Source: an uncultured Acidobacteriota bacterium (GTDB taxonomy: Bacteria; Acidobacteriota; Vicinamibacteria; Vicinamibacterales; 2-12-FULL-66-21). Taken from it: a stretch of DNA of 64,000 nt. A program made the position numbers and the translations under genes. Location: assembly GCA_963785755.1 (NCBI GenBank), contig CAWAXG010000025.1, forward strand, positions 42,613 to 106,612. Direction: 5' to 3'. The notes under the pieces are model-generated. The model ran no database searches, was not told the origin of the DNA, and saw only the letters and a list, made by a program, of their open reading frames with translations. Positions 9,050-17,560 of this stretch are shown piece by piece; positions within the stretch are counted from its first letter, which is position 1; every line of letters begins with the position of its first letter.

Positions 9050-11512
9050 ATGTCCTCCTTGAACATCGCGTCGGCCTTCGCCGCGGAGCTTCGCCAGGCG
9101 GCGCGGCGGCTCTCCCGATCTCCCGGCTTCGCAGCCCTGGCCATCGGCACGCTCGGCATCGGCATCGGCATCAACGCCGCGATGTTCGCGCTGATGGATG
9201 CGCTGCTGTTCCGCCCGCCGTTTCACGTCGCGGAGCCTGCTGACGTCGTGCGGGTGCAGTTCCCGCTCGAGGACCCGGCCGAGCCGGTGGTGCTCGACCG
9301 GACGCACTATCCCAACTTCATCGCCCTGCGGGACAGCGGCGCCTTCGAAGCAGTCGCCGCCTACACCGCCCGAGAGGTGTCCGTCGGCTACGGACGTGAC
9401 GCCAGTCTTGTCACCGCCATGCTCGTCTCGCGCGAGTTCTTCGACGTGCTCAGGCCGGCGCCGCATCTGGGCCATTTCATCCCGGGCGAGTCCACCATCC
9501 CCGACGGCGGCGATCGCGCCATCGTCTCGTTCGGATTCTGGCAGCGGCGCTTCGGCGGAGACTCTCGCATCGTCGGGACGACGATCACGATCGACGGGAA
9601 GATCTATTCGGTGGCCGGCGTCACCCCGAACGGGTTCCAGAGCCTGAACCCCCGGCCGATCGAGATCTGGCTGCCGCTCGATCACGCCACCTCCGGCCTG
9701 GGACATTCCGGCTGGCGTGAAGATCGGGAGCGGCTCTGGCTCGAGATCGTCGGTCGAGTGCCGCAGGGCGCAAGTCCGGGCGTGGCGGAAGCGCGGGCCA
9801 CGGCGATGCTGCGGCATCGGCGCACGACGCCCCTCGATGACGACGACGACCCGGTGGTGCGGGCCGCGACCACATCCATCGTGCCCGGGCGTGGCGCCAA
9901 CAAGACGCTCGAGAGCAAAGTCTCGCTGTGGCTCGCCGGCGTGTCCGCGTTCGTGCTGCTGATTGCGTGCGCCAACGTGTCGAACCTCGTCCTGGCGCGG
10001 ATGTTCGCCCAGCGCCGCGAGCTCTTCATCCGCCTGACGCTCGGAGCATCCCGCCGGGATCTCGTCCGCCGGTCTCTGGCTGACACGTGCGCGATCGTGA
10101 TCCCGGGAGCAGCCGGCGCCCTGGCCATGTCCTATCTGCTTCGCAACGGGATATCGGGATTCTTGTCCGGAGACCTGCCCCTGTCGCGGAACCTGTGGGA
10201 TCTGCGATCGGCGGGCATCATGACCGGCAGCGCCCTGCTGTCGTTCGTGCTCGTCTTTGCGGTGTCGCTGTCGCAGCTTCGCTCGGCGATCACCGACACC
10301 GGGCTGCTCGCGCGCGCCACGACGCCGGGAAATCCCGGCAAGGGTTCACGCCGCACCCTGCTGGCGGTGCAGGCCGGCCTCTGCCTCGCGCTGCTCTTCG
10401 TCGCCGGGCTGTTCGCGACGAGTCTCGGGCGCGTGGAGTCGATGGATCTCGGCGTCGAGCTCGATCGCACAATCCAGCTGACCATCAACCTGCCACCGGG
10501 CCGCAGGAGCCCGGCCGAGATGCGCACGATCTACGAGCGCGCACGCGAGGTCCTGGCATCGCATCCTGACGTCGAGCGCGCGACGCTGGCACAAGCGTCG
10601 CCGTTCATGTCCGGGAGCGGCGCGGGGCCGCGCACTGCGGAGCGAAGCTTCGCGGATCTGTGGACCAACCGCGAGGCGGCCTACCGGAGCGCCGTGGATG
10701 CCGGGTTCTTTACCACGGTCGGCTCGCAGTCGCTGCGCGGCCGCGACTTCAACGAGAGCGATCGCGCGGGCGCACAGGCGGTCGCCATCATCAACGCGCC
10801 GCTGGCCCGGCACTTGTGGCCCGACAAGGACGCGCTCGGCGAGTGCATGTGGCTGGACGACTCGCCTGCCTGCATTCGAGTCGTCGGCGTACTGGGCGGG
10901 GTGTGGAAGTTCAGCGCGTTGAAGCGGGACAAGATGGCGCTCTACGTGCCGCTCGCCCAGGTTCCCGCGGCATCACCCGGCGCGCTGTTCATCCGGCCGC
11001 GGGGCGACGCGCGGACGTTTCTCGCGCAGGTCCGCTCGATCGTTCAGGCCATGCATCCGGACCTTCCGGCGGTCCGAGCCGTCATCGCGCGCGACATCGT
11101 CGATCCGGAATTCCGCCCCTGGCGCCTGGGCGCCACCGTCTTCTCCGCATTTGCGGCGGTCGCGTTGCTGATTGCCTCGATCGGTCTCTACGGCGTCGTC
11201 GCGGTCAGCACCGCGATGCGGCTGAAGGAGATCGGCATCCGGATGGCTCTGGGCGCCGGCTGGACGCACGTGATCAGGGTCGTGGTTGCAGAAGGCGTCA
11301 CATCCGTCGCGTGCGGGTTGTTCGCAGGCACGATACTGGCGGCGGTTGCCAGCCGCTGGCTGAGCGGCGTCCTGTTCGAGACCTCTCCGGGAGATTCTGC
11401 CGTCCTGATCCAGACCGCGCTCATCCTGCTGACGGTGTCGGCGGCGGCCGTGACCGTTCCGGTCATCCGCGCGCTCGGGACGAATCCGGCGAAGGTGCTG
11501 CGGTCGGAGTGA
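9050..11512 (+). CDS. ABC transporter permease, ADOP/MacB-FtsX duplicated type
   Basis: 820 aa; VLLIACANVSNL, RELFIRLTLGA, KEIGIRMALGA. Confidence 0.93.
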   Translation: MSSLNIASAFAAELRQAARRLSRSPGFAALAIGTLGIGIGINAAMFALMDALLFRPPFHVAEPADVVRVQFPLEDPAEPVVLDRTHYPNFIALRDSGAFEAVAAYTAREVSVGYGRDASLVTAMLVSREFFDVLRPAPHLGHFIPGESTIPDGGDRAIVSFGFWQRRFGGDSRIVGTTITIDGKIYSVAGVTPNGFQSLNPRPIEIWLPLDHATSGLGHSGWREDRERLWLEIVGRVPQGASPGVAEARATAMLRHRRTTPLDDDDDPVVRAATTSIVPGRGANKTLESKVSLWLAGVSAFVLLIACANVSNLVLARMFAQRRELFIRLTLGASRRDLVRRSLADTCAIVIPGAAGALAMSYLLRNGISGFLSGDLPLSRNLWDLRSAGIMTGSALLSFVLVFAVSLSQLRSAITDTGLLARATTPGNPGKGSRRTLLAVQAGLCLALLFVAGLFATSLGRVESMDLGVELDRTIQLTINLPPGRRSPAEMRTIYERAREVLASHPDVERATLAQASPFMSGSGAGPRTAERSFADLWTNREAAYRSAVDAGFFTTVGSQSLRGRDFNESDRAGAQAVAIINAPLARHLWPDKDALGECMWLDDSPACIRVVGVLGGVWKFSALKRDKMALYVPLAQVPAASPGALFIRPRGDARTFLAQVRSIVQAMHPDLPAVRAVIARDIVDPEFRPWRLGATVFSAFAAVALLIASIGLYGVVAVSTAMRLKEIGIRMALGAGWTHVIRVVVAEGVTSVACGLFAGTILAAVASRWLSGVLFETSPGDSAVLIQTALILLTVSAAAVTVPVIRALGTNPAKVLRSE

Positions 11513-11530
11513 TCCGGGATCACGCCCTAC
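11506..11530 (-). repeat. GTAG-class REP hairpin overlapping the ADOP stop codon
   Basis: Minus strand reads GTAG-GGCGTGATCC-C-GGATCACTCC (GTAG tetranucleotide followed by a palindrome). Confidence 0.6.
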
Positions 11531-11562
11531 GAGTCCGCCACTAAGCCGTCGGCCCGTCCCCG

Positions 11563-11598
11563 TTTGCCTGTCCCCTTTGCCTGTCCCTCTGCCTGTAC
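11563..11598. repeat. Tandem 12-13-mer repeat (TTTGCCTGTCCC) x3
   Basis: tttgcctgtcccc tttgcctgtccc tctgcctgtac in the convergent intergenic region. Confidence 0.7.
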
Positions 11599-11759
11599 AG
11601 ATCCTTGGCGCTGTACCTGATGCCGCCGTGCAGGTCGTGCCGTTGACCGAGAATTGATCCGACTGCGGCAGCTTCCACCCGGATAGTCCACGAGTCGCGG
11701 ATCACCGCGGAGTCGCGCTGGTCGTCTTCAACGCCAGCCGAGCGCGCCGATCGGCGCTG

Positions 11760-14453
11760 CTACCGCGCGTCCCCGAGGAGCGATCCCGCCCAGTTCAGGA
11801 AGACGCTCAGGAATGGCACCTGATTCGCAGACTCGTTGTGCAGCACCAGGACGCCGCCATCGGGCTGCACCGTCCACGATCGGTGGTTGCCCTTGACGCC
11901 CGTCAGCGACGTGAAGATGGCAGCGGGGGGAGAAAACGAGAGCGCGCCCGCCGTCGGCTGCACCGGCACGCGATACAACGTCGCGCCGCGGTTGTAGAAG
12001 ATCGCGCGGCCGTCCGGCGCCCACATCGGATTGACGCCGCCGTCGCGCGACACCTGCCAGCGTGCGCCGAGCTGCGGAAAGTCCTGCACGTAGATCTCTT
12101 CGGCGCCGGATTCGGCCGACGTGTGTGCGATCCACCGGCCATCGGTGGAGACCCTCGCACTGGTGATGCCGTGTTTCCCGGTCATGAGCGGCCGCAGCGC
12201 GGGCGGTTTCGCGGTCAGGTCGAGCAGCGCGAGCCCGGACTCCTCAATGCCTGACGTCACGAGATATCGCCCGTCCGAAGTCCAGTCATCCACGTGCAGA
12301 TGCGTCTTGCCCGTCCAGAGGATCTCTTCGGCGCCGCCGCCGTCTGCCCGGCGTCTGAGGATCTGCCGGCCCTCACTGCGATCGGATGCATACGCCACCC
12401 AGACGCCGTCCGGAGACCAGACCGGCGTCTCATCCTCGCTCTCGCTGAAGGTCAGACGCTGCGGCGCCCCGGTCTGCAGATCGATCACCCAGATGTCGTC
12501 GGCGGTGTCGTAATCCTCCACGGCAACGAAGCGGCCGTTCGGCGCGACGACCGGGTCGGCGTAGAGGCGCTTCGGGACCGCGAGAGTCTGAGCCACCGTC
12601 CCGCCCGCCGTCAGGCGGGCCATCGAAAGCCCATCGCCCACCAGCGATTCGGCGACGAAGACCAGCGTCCCCGAATCAGACACGGCATAGTGCGCCGCGC
12701 CGACGGACCAGACGTTGGACACATCGTCGACGACGGGCGTGGCGGCGCCCGACGGCGTCATCGATCGCGGATCGAAGGCGACGGCCATCAGCTGCGGATC
12801 GCGCGCGAACACCAGCCGGCCGGGCGGCACGAACCGGGGTTGCATACCTTTGAGGCCGATGCTGCGTCGACTCGCCGTGCGGAGATTCTGTACTTCGATG
12901 TCGGCGGTATCCCAACGTATGGTCGCGGCTCCGCTGGTGAACAGCACGTGCTCGCCGTCTGGCAGCAGCGCCGGCCAGCGATGCGCATACTCTCCCGGGC
13001 GCAGCGGCGCGAGCGGCTGCGGCGTGCCGCCGTCGGCGCTGACGCGATGGAGCGGCCCGGCGCTCAATCCGAAGACGATGGTGCCGTCACGCCCCCACAC
13101 CGCCCCCCGCATCTGAGCGGGGAGCGCACAGATGGTCGTGACGGTGCCAGTGGCCAGCAGCATCTTGACGAGCGACGCACCGGCGCCCGCAGTCTGATAG
13201 GCGAGCCATCGGCCGTCCGGGGAGAAAAATGGCCCTCCCACCGACGCGGTGTTGGGGATCGGCGTGGCCGCCGGTTGATCGAAACGGCGGACGAACAGCG
13301 AGCGGACACCATTTCCGGTACCGACATACGCCACGAGGTCGCCTGCGGGCGCGACGGCAAGCATTCCAAGCACCAGGGTATTGGACAGCGACGTCGCCGG
13401 CGTGGTCGGAAGCGTCAGGCGCGCAAGCGGCGGCGGTGGCCCGCCGGCATTTCTGTTCGTCCACAGCCAGGTCGCGGCCGAACCGATCGCGAGGGCTGCG
13501 AGCGCGACCGCGGCGAATTTGATCGGCCCGAACGGTTCACGAGCACGTGCCGGGACCGGCGTCGCCCACACACCGGGCAACTCGCGCAGATTCGCCGCGA
13601 CATCCCCGGCGCTCTGCCAGCGCTCGTCCGGATCCTTCGCCAATGCTCTGCGAATCACCAGCTCGAGCCACGCGGGCGCAACCGGCTGCGCGTCGGAGAT
13701 TGGCGCCGGCTGACGCTCGATGATGGCGGCGATCGTGCTCGCCGGCGTGTCGCCGCTGAACGCGCGGCGCCCGGTCAGCATCTCGTAGAGCACGCAGCCG
13801 AGCGCGAAGATGTCGGCGCGGTGATCGGCCTCCTTCCCCTCGACCTGCTCCGGCGACATGTAGTTGAGCGTCCCGAGGATGGTGCCCATCCCGGTCACGG
13901 GCGCCAGGGCGGCGAGGGTCACGTCCGCGGCCGGCGTGAGGCTGACCGCCGGCCGCCCCACCAGCCGCGCGAGGCCGAAATCGAGCAGCTTCACGTGCGG
14001 CGTCCCCGCCGCGCCGCCGCGCACGATCATGACGTTCGACGGCTTCAGATCGCGGTGCACGATCCCCTGCCGATGGGCGCGCTCGAGCGCTCGCGCGATC
14101 TGTTCGCCAATCGCCAGGACCTGGTCGAGGGGCAGACGTCCGCGCTCGATCCGGCTCGCCAGCGTCTCTCCCTCGACGAGCTCCATGACCAGGTAGTCGG
14201 ACTGCTCATCGTGGCCGACGTCGTAGAGCGTGCAGATGTGCGGATCGTTCAGCGCCGCGATGGCGCGCGCTTCGCGCTCGAAGCGCGACCGCGCCTCCGG
14301 ATCGGAGGCGAGCGCCGGCGGCAGCCGCTTGATCGCGACCGCGCGGTCGAGCCGCGTATCGCGCCCTCGATACACCTCGCCCATGCCGCCCGCGCCGAGC
14401 AGACCGGCGAGCTCATAGGGACCGAGGCGCGTGCCAGGGGAAATGGTGGACAA
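11760..14453 (-). CDS. Ser/Thr protein kinase with C-terminal TolB-like/PD40 beta-propeller
   Basis: GAGGMGEVY, VAIK, HRDLKPSN, DFGLA, YMSPEQ; TM segment; FSPDGRW and WSPDGVW repeats. Confidence 0.95.
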   Translation of the reverse strand: MSTISPGTRLGPYELAGLLGAGGMGEVYRGRDTRLDRAVAIKRLPPALASDPEARSRFEREARAIAALNDPHICTLYDVGHDEQSDYLVMELVEGETLASRIERGRLPLDQVLAIGEQIARALERAHRQGIVHRDLKPSNVMIVRGGAAGTPHVKLLDFGLARLVGRPAVSLTPAADVTLAALAPVTGMGTILGTLNYMSPEQVEGKEADHRADIFALGCVLYEMLTGRRAFSGDTPASTIAAIIERQPAPISDAQPVAPAWLELVIRRALAKDPDERWQSAGDVAANLRELPGVWATPVPARAREPFGPIKFAAVALAALAIGSAATWLWTNRNAGGPPPPLARLTLPTTPATSLSNTLVLGMLAVAPAGDLVAYVGTGNGVRSLFVRRFDQPAATPIPNTASVGGPFFSPDGRWLAYQTAGAGASLVKMLLATGTVTTICALPAQMRGAVWGRDGTIVFGLSAGPLHRVSADGGTPQPLAPLRPGEYAHRWPALLPDGEHVLFTSGAATIRWDTADIEVQNLRTASRRSIGLKGMQPRFVPPGRLVFARDPQLMAVAFDPRSMTPSGAATPVVDDVSNVWSVGAAHYAVSDSGTLVFVAESLVGDGLSMARLTAGGTVAQTLAVPKRLYADPVVAPNGRFVAVEDYDTADDIWVIDLQTGAPQRLTFSESEDETPVWSPDGVWVAYASDRSEGRQILRRRADGGGAEEILWTGKTHLHVDDWTSDGRYLVTSGIEESGLALLDLTAKPPALRPLMTGKHGITSARVSTDGRWIAHTSAESGAEEIYVQDFPQLGARWQVSRDGGVNPMWAPDGRAIFYNRGATLYRVPVQPTAGALSFSPPAAIFTSLTGVKGNHRSWTVQPDGGVLVLHNESANQVPFLSVFLNWAGSLLGDAR

Positions 14454-14522
14454 CAGCGTTTGTGGTGTGCCCGGGATTATACCTTTACCCGCGGTCCGTC
14501 GGCTTCAACTCGCGACTGCGGT

Positions 14523-14776
14523 CCGTTGGAACTAACGAATCGCGGATCGACGCGGATCTCGAGCGGTCGTGCGCGCCGGCCTTGCAGGCCGGCACCGCGA
14601 AGCGGGATCAGAGCAATCGCAAGCCGATCTGCGGTTGGTCGGCTTCCGATTCCGCTCTGATCCTCGCTTCGGCCGCAGCGTAGCGCGGGCACGACCGCAG
14701 CGACCGCCGATCAGAGCGCTCGCCCGTGTCAGCAATCCGCGGTATCCGCGAAGATCCGCGATTCGTCTGCTAACGG
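14523..14776. repeat. Long (~250 bp) imperfect palindrome with ATCCGCG repeats at the termini
   Basis: ACGAATCGCGGATC (14535-48) pairs with GATCCGCGATTCGT (14753-66); inner pairs gcggtcgtgc/gcacgaccgc, ggatcagagc/gctctgatcc, aagccga/tcggctt. Confidence 0.8.
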
Positions 14777-15427
14777 CGACCGCCGCCTCGCCGGCCGCTT
14801 CGTCTCGCGACGCGACGGACGGCGTGACCCACGCGTCTTCGCGTTGAGCCGATACGGCTCGAGCAAGGTGTCGAGGTCGTGGCGGACCCAGCTCTCCGCC
14901 GTCCCCTCTCGGTACACCGCCCACCCGATCAGCGACCCTCCAGCCAACGCATCCACCGCCCTGGCCAGCCTCGCCGTATCGCACCGCACCAGCTCGCGCG
15001 CAGCGACGGCCTCGTCGAGCAGCCGCCGATAGCCGGCGATGATCAGCCGCGCGTTCTCCAGCATCACCGCGTAGAAGTCGGGATCGCTCAGATCCGTCTG
15101 CAGGAACGCGAGGTGGTTGGACATCTCCTCGGGAGACTTCACGTATCGCGTCATCTCGGTCGCGGCCACCAGCAGCGCGGCGAGCGGTGACGGGTTCGCG
15201 GCGCGGACGGCGTCGAAGCAGGCGTCGACCGAATCGCGCGCCGAGCGCGCGAGCGCCAGCATCAGCCCGCGCTTGGAGCCGAAGCGCTGGACCAGCGTGG
15301 CGGCCGAGAGCCCGACCTCGCGGGCGACGTCGGCCAGGGTGAACCGGCCGGGGCCGTGCCGGGAGATGATGCGGCCGGCGGCCTCGAGAATCGCGGCGTC
15401 GTCGATGGTGCGGGGGCGCGGGGTCAT
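14729..15427 (-). CDS. TetR/AcrR family transcriptional regulator
   Basis: N-terminal HTH (FTLADVAREVGLSAATLVQRFGSKRGL); the low-complexity C-tail runs into the palindrome. Confidence 0.92.
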   Translation of the reverse strand: MTPRPRTIDDAAILEAAGRIISRHGPGRFTLADVAREVGLSAATLVQRFGSKRGLMLALARSARDSVDACFDAVRAANPSPLAALLVAATEMTRYVKSPEEMSNHLAFLQTDLSDPDFYAVMLENARLIIAGYRRLLDEAVAARELVRCDTARLARAVDALAGGSLIGWAVYREGTAESWVRHDLDTLLEPYRLNAKTRGSRRPSRRETKRPARRRSPLADESRIFADTADC

Positions 15428-15429
15428 GG

Positions 15430-15484
15430 TTGACAAATAGTAAATGAACGTTTACTTTCCAAACAGTAAACGAACAGTCGTTTA
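15430..15484 (+). promoter_or_regulatory. Sigma70 promoter with two TetR-type operator palindromes
   Basis: TTGACA(15430-35)-N17-TACTTT(15453-58); palindromes AGTAAA-N6-TTTACT (15439-56) and TAAACGA-N4-TCGTTTA (15467-84). Confidence 0.75.
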
Positions 15485-15508
15485 TAAATTACAGACGAGG
15501 AGGGTCAG

Positions 15509-16066
15509 ATGGCCGCATCCCCAGGACGCAAGGACGGACCCGGACGCCGCGTGCGCTACGGCGTCGCGATGAGCCTCGACGGCTACATCGCCGGGCCGAA
15601 CGGCGAGGCCGATTGGATCGTCCACGACCCGGATATCGACTTCGCCGAGCTCTTCAGCCGCTACGACACGCTGCTCATCGGGCGCAAGACGTTCGAGGCG
15701 ATGGCAAAGATGGGCGGGGGCGGCGGGTCGATGCCGGGCGTGCAGGCCTTCGTGATTTCCCGGACGATGGCGCAGGCCGACCATCCCGACGTCACCATCG
15801 TGCGGGATCCCGTGGCGCTCATCGGCGAGCTGAAGACCAAACCCGGCAAGGACATCTGGCTGTTCGGCGGCGGCGAGCTGTTCAGGAGCCTGCTCGCCGC
15901 CGGCCTCGTGGACGGGGTGGACGCCGGCATCATCCCGGTGCTGCTCGGTGGCGGCATTCCGCTGCTGCCCTCTCCGGCAGGCCGGACAAGGCTGACGCTG
16001 AAGAACCGGCGCTTCTACGAGAAGTCGGGGATCGTCGGCGTCGAGTACGACGTCGTCCGCGGCTGA
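15509..16066 (+). CDS. Dihydrofolate reductase/RibD C-terminal family protein
   Basis: AMSLDGYIAGPNG, LIGRKTFE, KDIWLFGGGEL, IPVLLGGGIPL. Confidence 0.93.
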   Translation: MAASPGRKDGPGRRVRYGVAMSLDGYIAGPNGEADWIVHDPDIDFAELFSRYDTLLIGRKTFEAMAKMGGGGGSMPGVQAFVISRTMAQADHPDVTIVRDPVALIGELKTKPGKDIWLFGGGELFRSLLAAGLVDGVDAGIIPVLLGGGIPLLPSPAGRTRLTLKNRRFYEKSGIVGVEYDVVRG

Positions 16067-16100
16067 TCCGCCCGACGCCGTCTCAACGCGACTCGCGACA

Positions 16101-16622
16101 TCACCGGGCGCCTGCCGCAGCGAGGGCGAACGGGTTTTCGTCCGCGGTCGGGCCATACACCGACGGCACCGGGATATTGAGCAGCCGCAGATACACCAGC
16201 AGCTGTCCGCGATGGTGATACCAGTGGTTCAGCATGATCGCGCGTACCAACGCGACCCTCGGCATCGCCATCAGCTCGCGGCCGTCACTCATGAGCCGCC
16301 ACGTGGCGCTCATCTTCGCGTCGTCGAATCCACCAAGGTGCTGCCTCGCCTTGGCCACGCTGGCGGTGAGCGCCGGTACGAGCTCAGCGGCTGTCGCCGC
16401 TTCCGTCTGCACGAACGCCGGTGGCTCCGGAATGGTGTCCACCGACGCGAGCTGGGCGACGTTGCCCGGTACGGTCGCGACGTGCAGCGCGAGCTGGCCG
16501 AGAGACATCGACTTCGGATGCGGCTTCCACGACAGATGCGCCTGCGGCACGCGCTCCAGCACGCGCCGTGTTGTATGCGATTCCTGTTCGAGTTCCGCCA
16601 GCAGTGCGTCGATCATTGCCAT
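16101..16622 (-). CDS. DinB family protein
   Basis: WKPHPKSMSLGQLALH, NHWYHHRGQLLVYLRLL, VPSVYGPTADE. Confidence 0.93.
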   Translation of the reverse strand: MAMIDALLAELEQESHTTRRVLERVPQAHLSWKPHPKSMSLGQLALHVATVPGNVAQLASVDTIPEPPAFVQTEAATAAELVPALTASVAKARQHLGGFDDAKMSATWRLMSDGRELMAMPRVALVRAIMLNHWYHHRGQLLVYLRLLNIPVPSVYGPTADENPFALAAAGAR

Positions 16623-16635
16623 TTTCTCGTCTCCT

Positions 16636-17089
16636 TTACTCTCCACCGTTGGCTTCCGCGGCCTTGCGCACGCGCGCGTGCAGCGCCGTCCACCCCGCGC
16701 CCATCTGCGGCCGGTGATCCTCCGGGAACGGACCCATCACCGTGTGGGTGAACTTGATGAGGCATCCGCCCTCGACTTCCGTCAACCGATACATCAGGTT
16801 CGACGTCGCCGCGGTGGACATGAAGAGCGGCCCCCAGATTTCGAGCAGCGTCGGCCGCTTGATGCTCTGCACGAACCCCCACAGATGTCCGTTGTCACCG
16901 CCGAGATCGCGGAACCATCGCCCGCCCGGACGCGGTTCCAGCACCATCGGCAGCGGCTTGCCGTCGGGCGTCTCGTTGAGCCTTCCCATTTGTGCAATCA
17001 GCGAAGCCGAACGTCTTTTCGAGCGTCGCCCGCACCAGAATCTCTTCCGTGATGGTGAACGTGTCCCCTACCGCCGCTGTTGTCGTCAT
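16636..17089 (-). CDS. SRPBCC/AHSA1 domain protein (frameshift near 17010)
   Basis: N-terminal ITEEILVRATLEKTF in one frame continues as LEPRPGGRWFRDLG...GWTAL in another; overlaps the ArsR stop (ATGA). Confidence 0.85.
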
Positions 17090-17409
17090 CGTTCCTCCTC
17101 GGCATGTGCCTTGATGCGCCGCAGCTGTCCGCGCCAGTAGCGCTCGAACATGCCGCTCCAGTCGTGAATCGTGCGAAGTGTCTGTGCGTTGATCCGATAC
17201 AGGGTCCGCCGGCCGTCCCGCCGCACGTGCACCAGGCCGACGTCGCGCAGGACCTGGAGGTGCTTGGTGACCGACGGCTGCCCCAGCTCGAGCGCATCGG
17301 CGATATCGGTCACCGATCGCTCGTCGCCCGCGATGAACTCGAGGATGTGACGACGGCGCGGCTCAGCGATGGCGTTGAACGGGTCCGAGGTCGTCGAGGC
17401 GCGGGCCAT
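17086..17409 (-). CDS. ArsR/SmtB family transcriptional regulator
   Basis: DPFNAIAEPRRRHILE, QPSVTKHLQVLRDVGLV; first gene of an ArsR-SRPBCC-DinB operon. Confidence 0.95.
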   Translation of the reverse strand: MARASTTSDPFNAIAEPRRRHILEFIAGDERSVTDIADALELGQPSVTKHLQVLRDVGLVHVRRDGRRTLYRINAQTLRTIHDWSGMFERYWRGQLRRIKAHAEEER

Positions 17410-17416
17410 ACGAAGC

Positions 17417-17446
17417 TTTATACATTCCGATATGAGAATGTGTCAA
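17417..17446 (-). promoter_or_regulatory. Sigma70 promoter and ArsR operator, leaderless geometry
   Basis: Minus strand TTGACA-N18-TATAAA, then 7 nt to the ATG; palindrome ACATTC-N8-GAATGT at 17422-41. Confidence 0.75.
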
Positions 17447-17560
17447 GTGGGGAGAAGCTGCGGCTCAAGGCGGAAGCCCGGCAAGGCAATGGGCAGGACA
17501 ACAGAAGGAACAAAGAGAACGACTTGGGACTTGTTAACGAAGCGACGCGACAGTACAGAC

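Noticed and set aside
12294-14660. 788-aa plus-strand ORF and other long antisense ORFs (2548-4041, 28332-30095, 44266-45816, 48712-50310, 54549-56138)
   Set aside because: Shadow ORFs opposite well-supported genes in high-GC DNA; no recognisable motifs.
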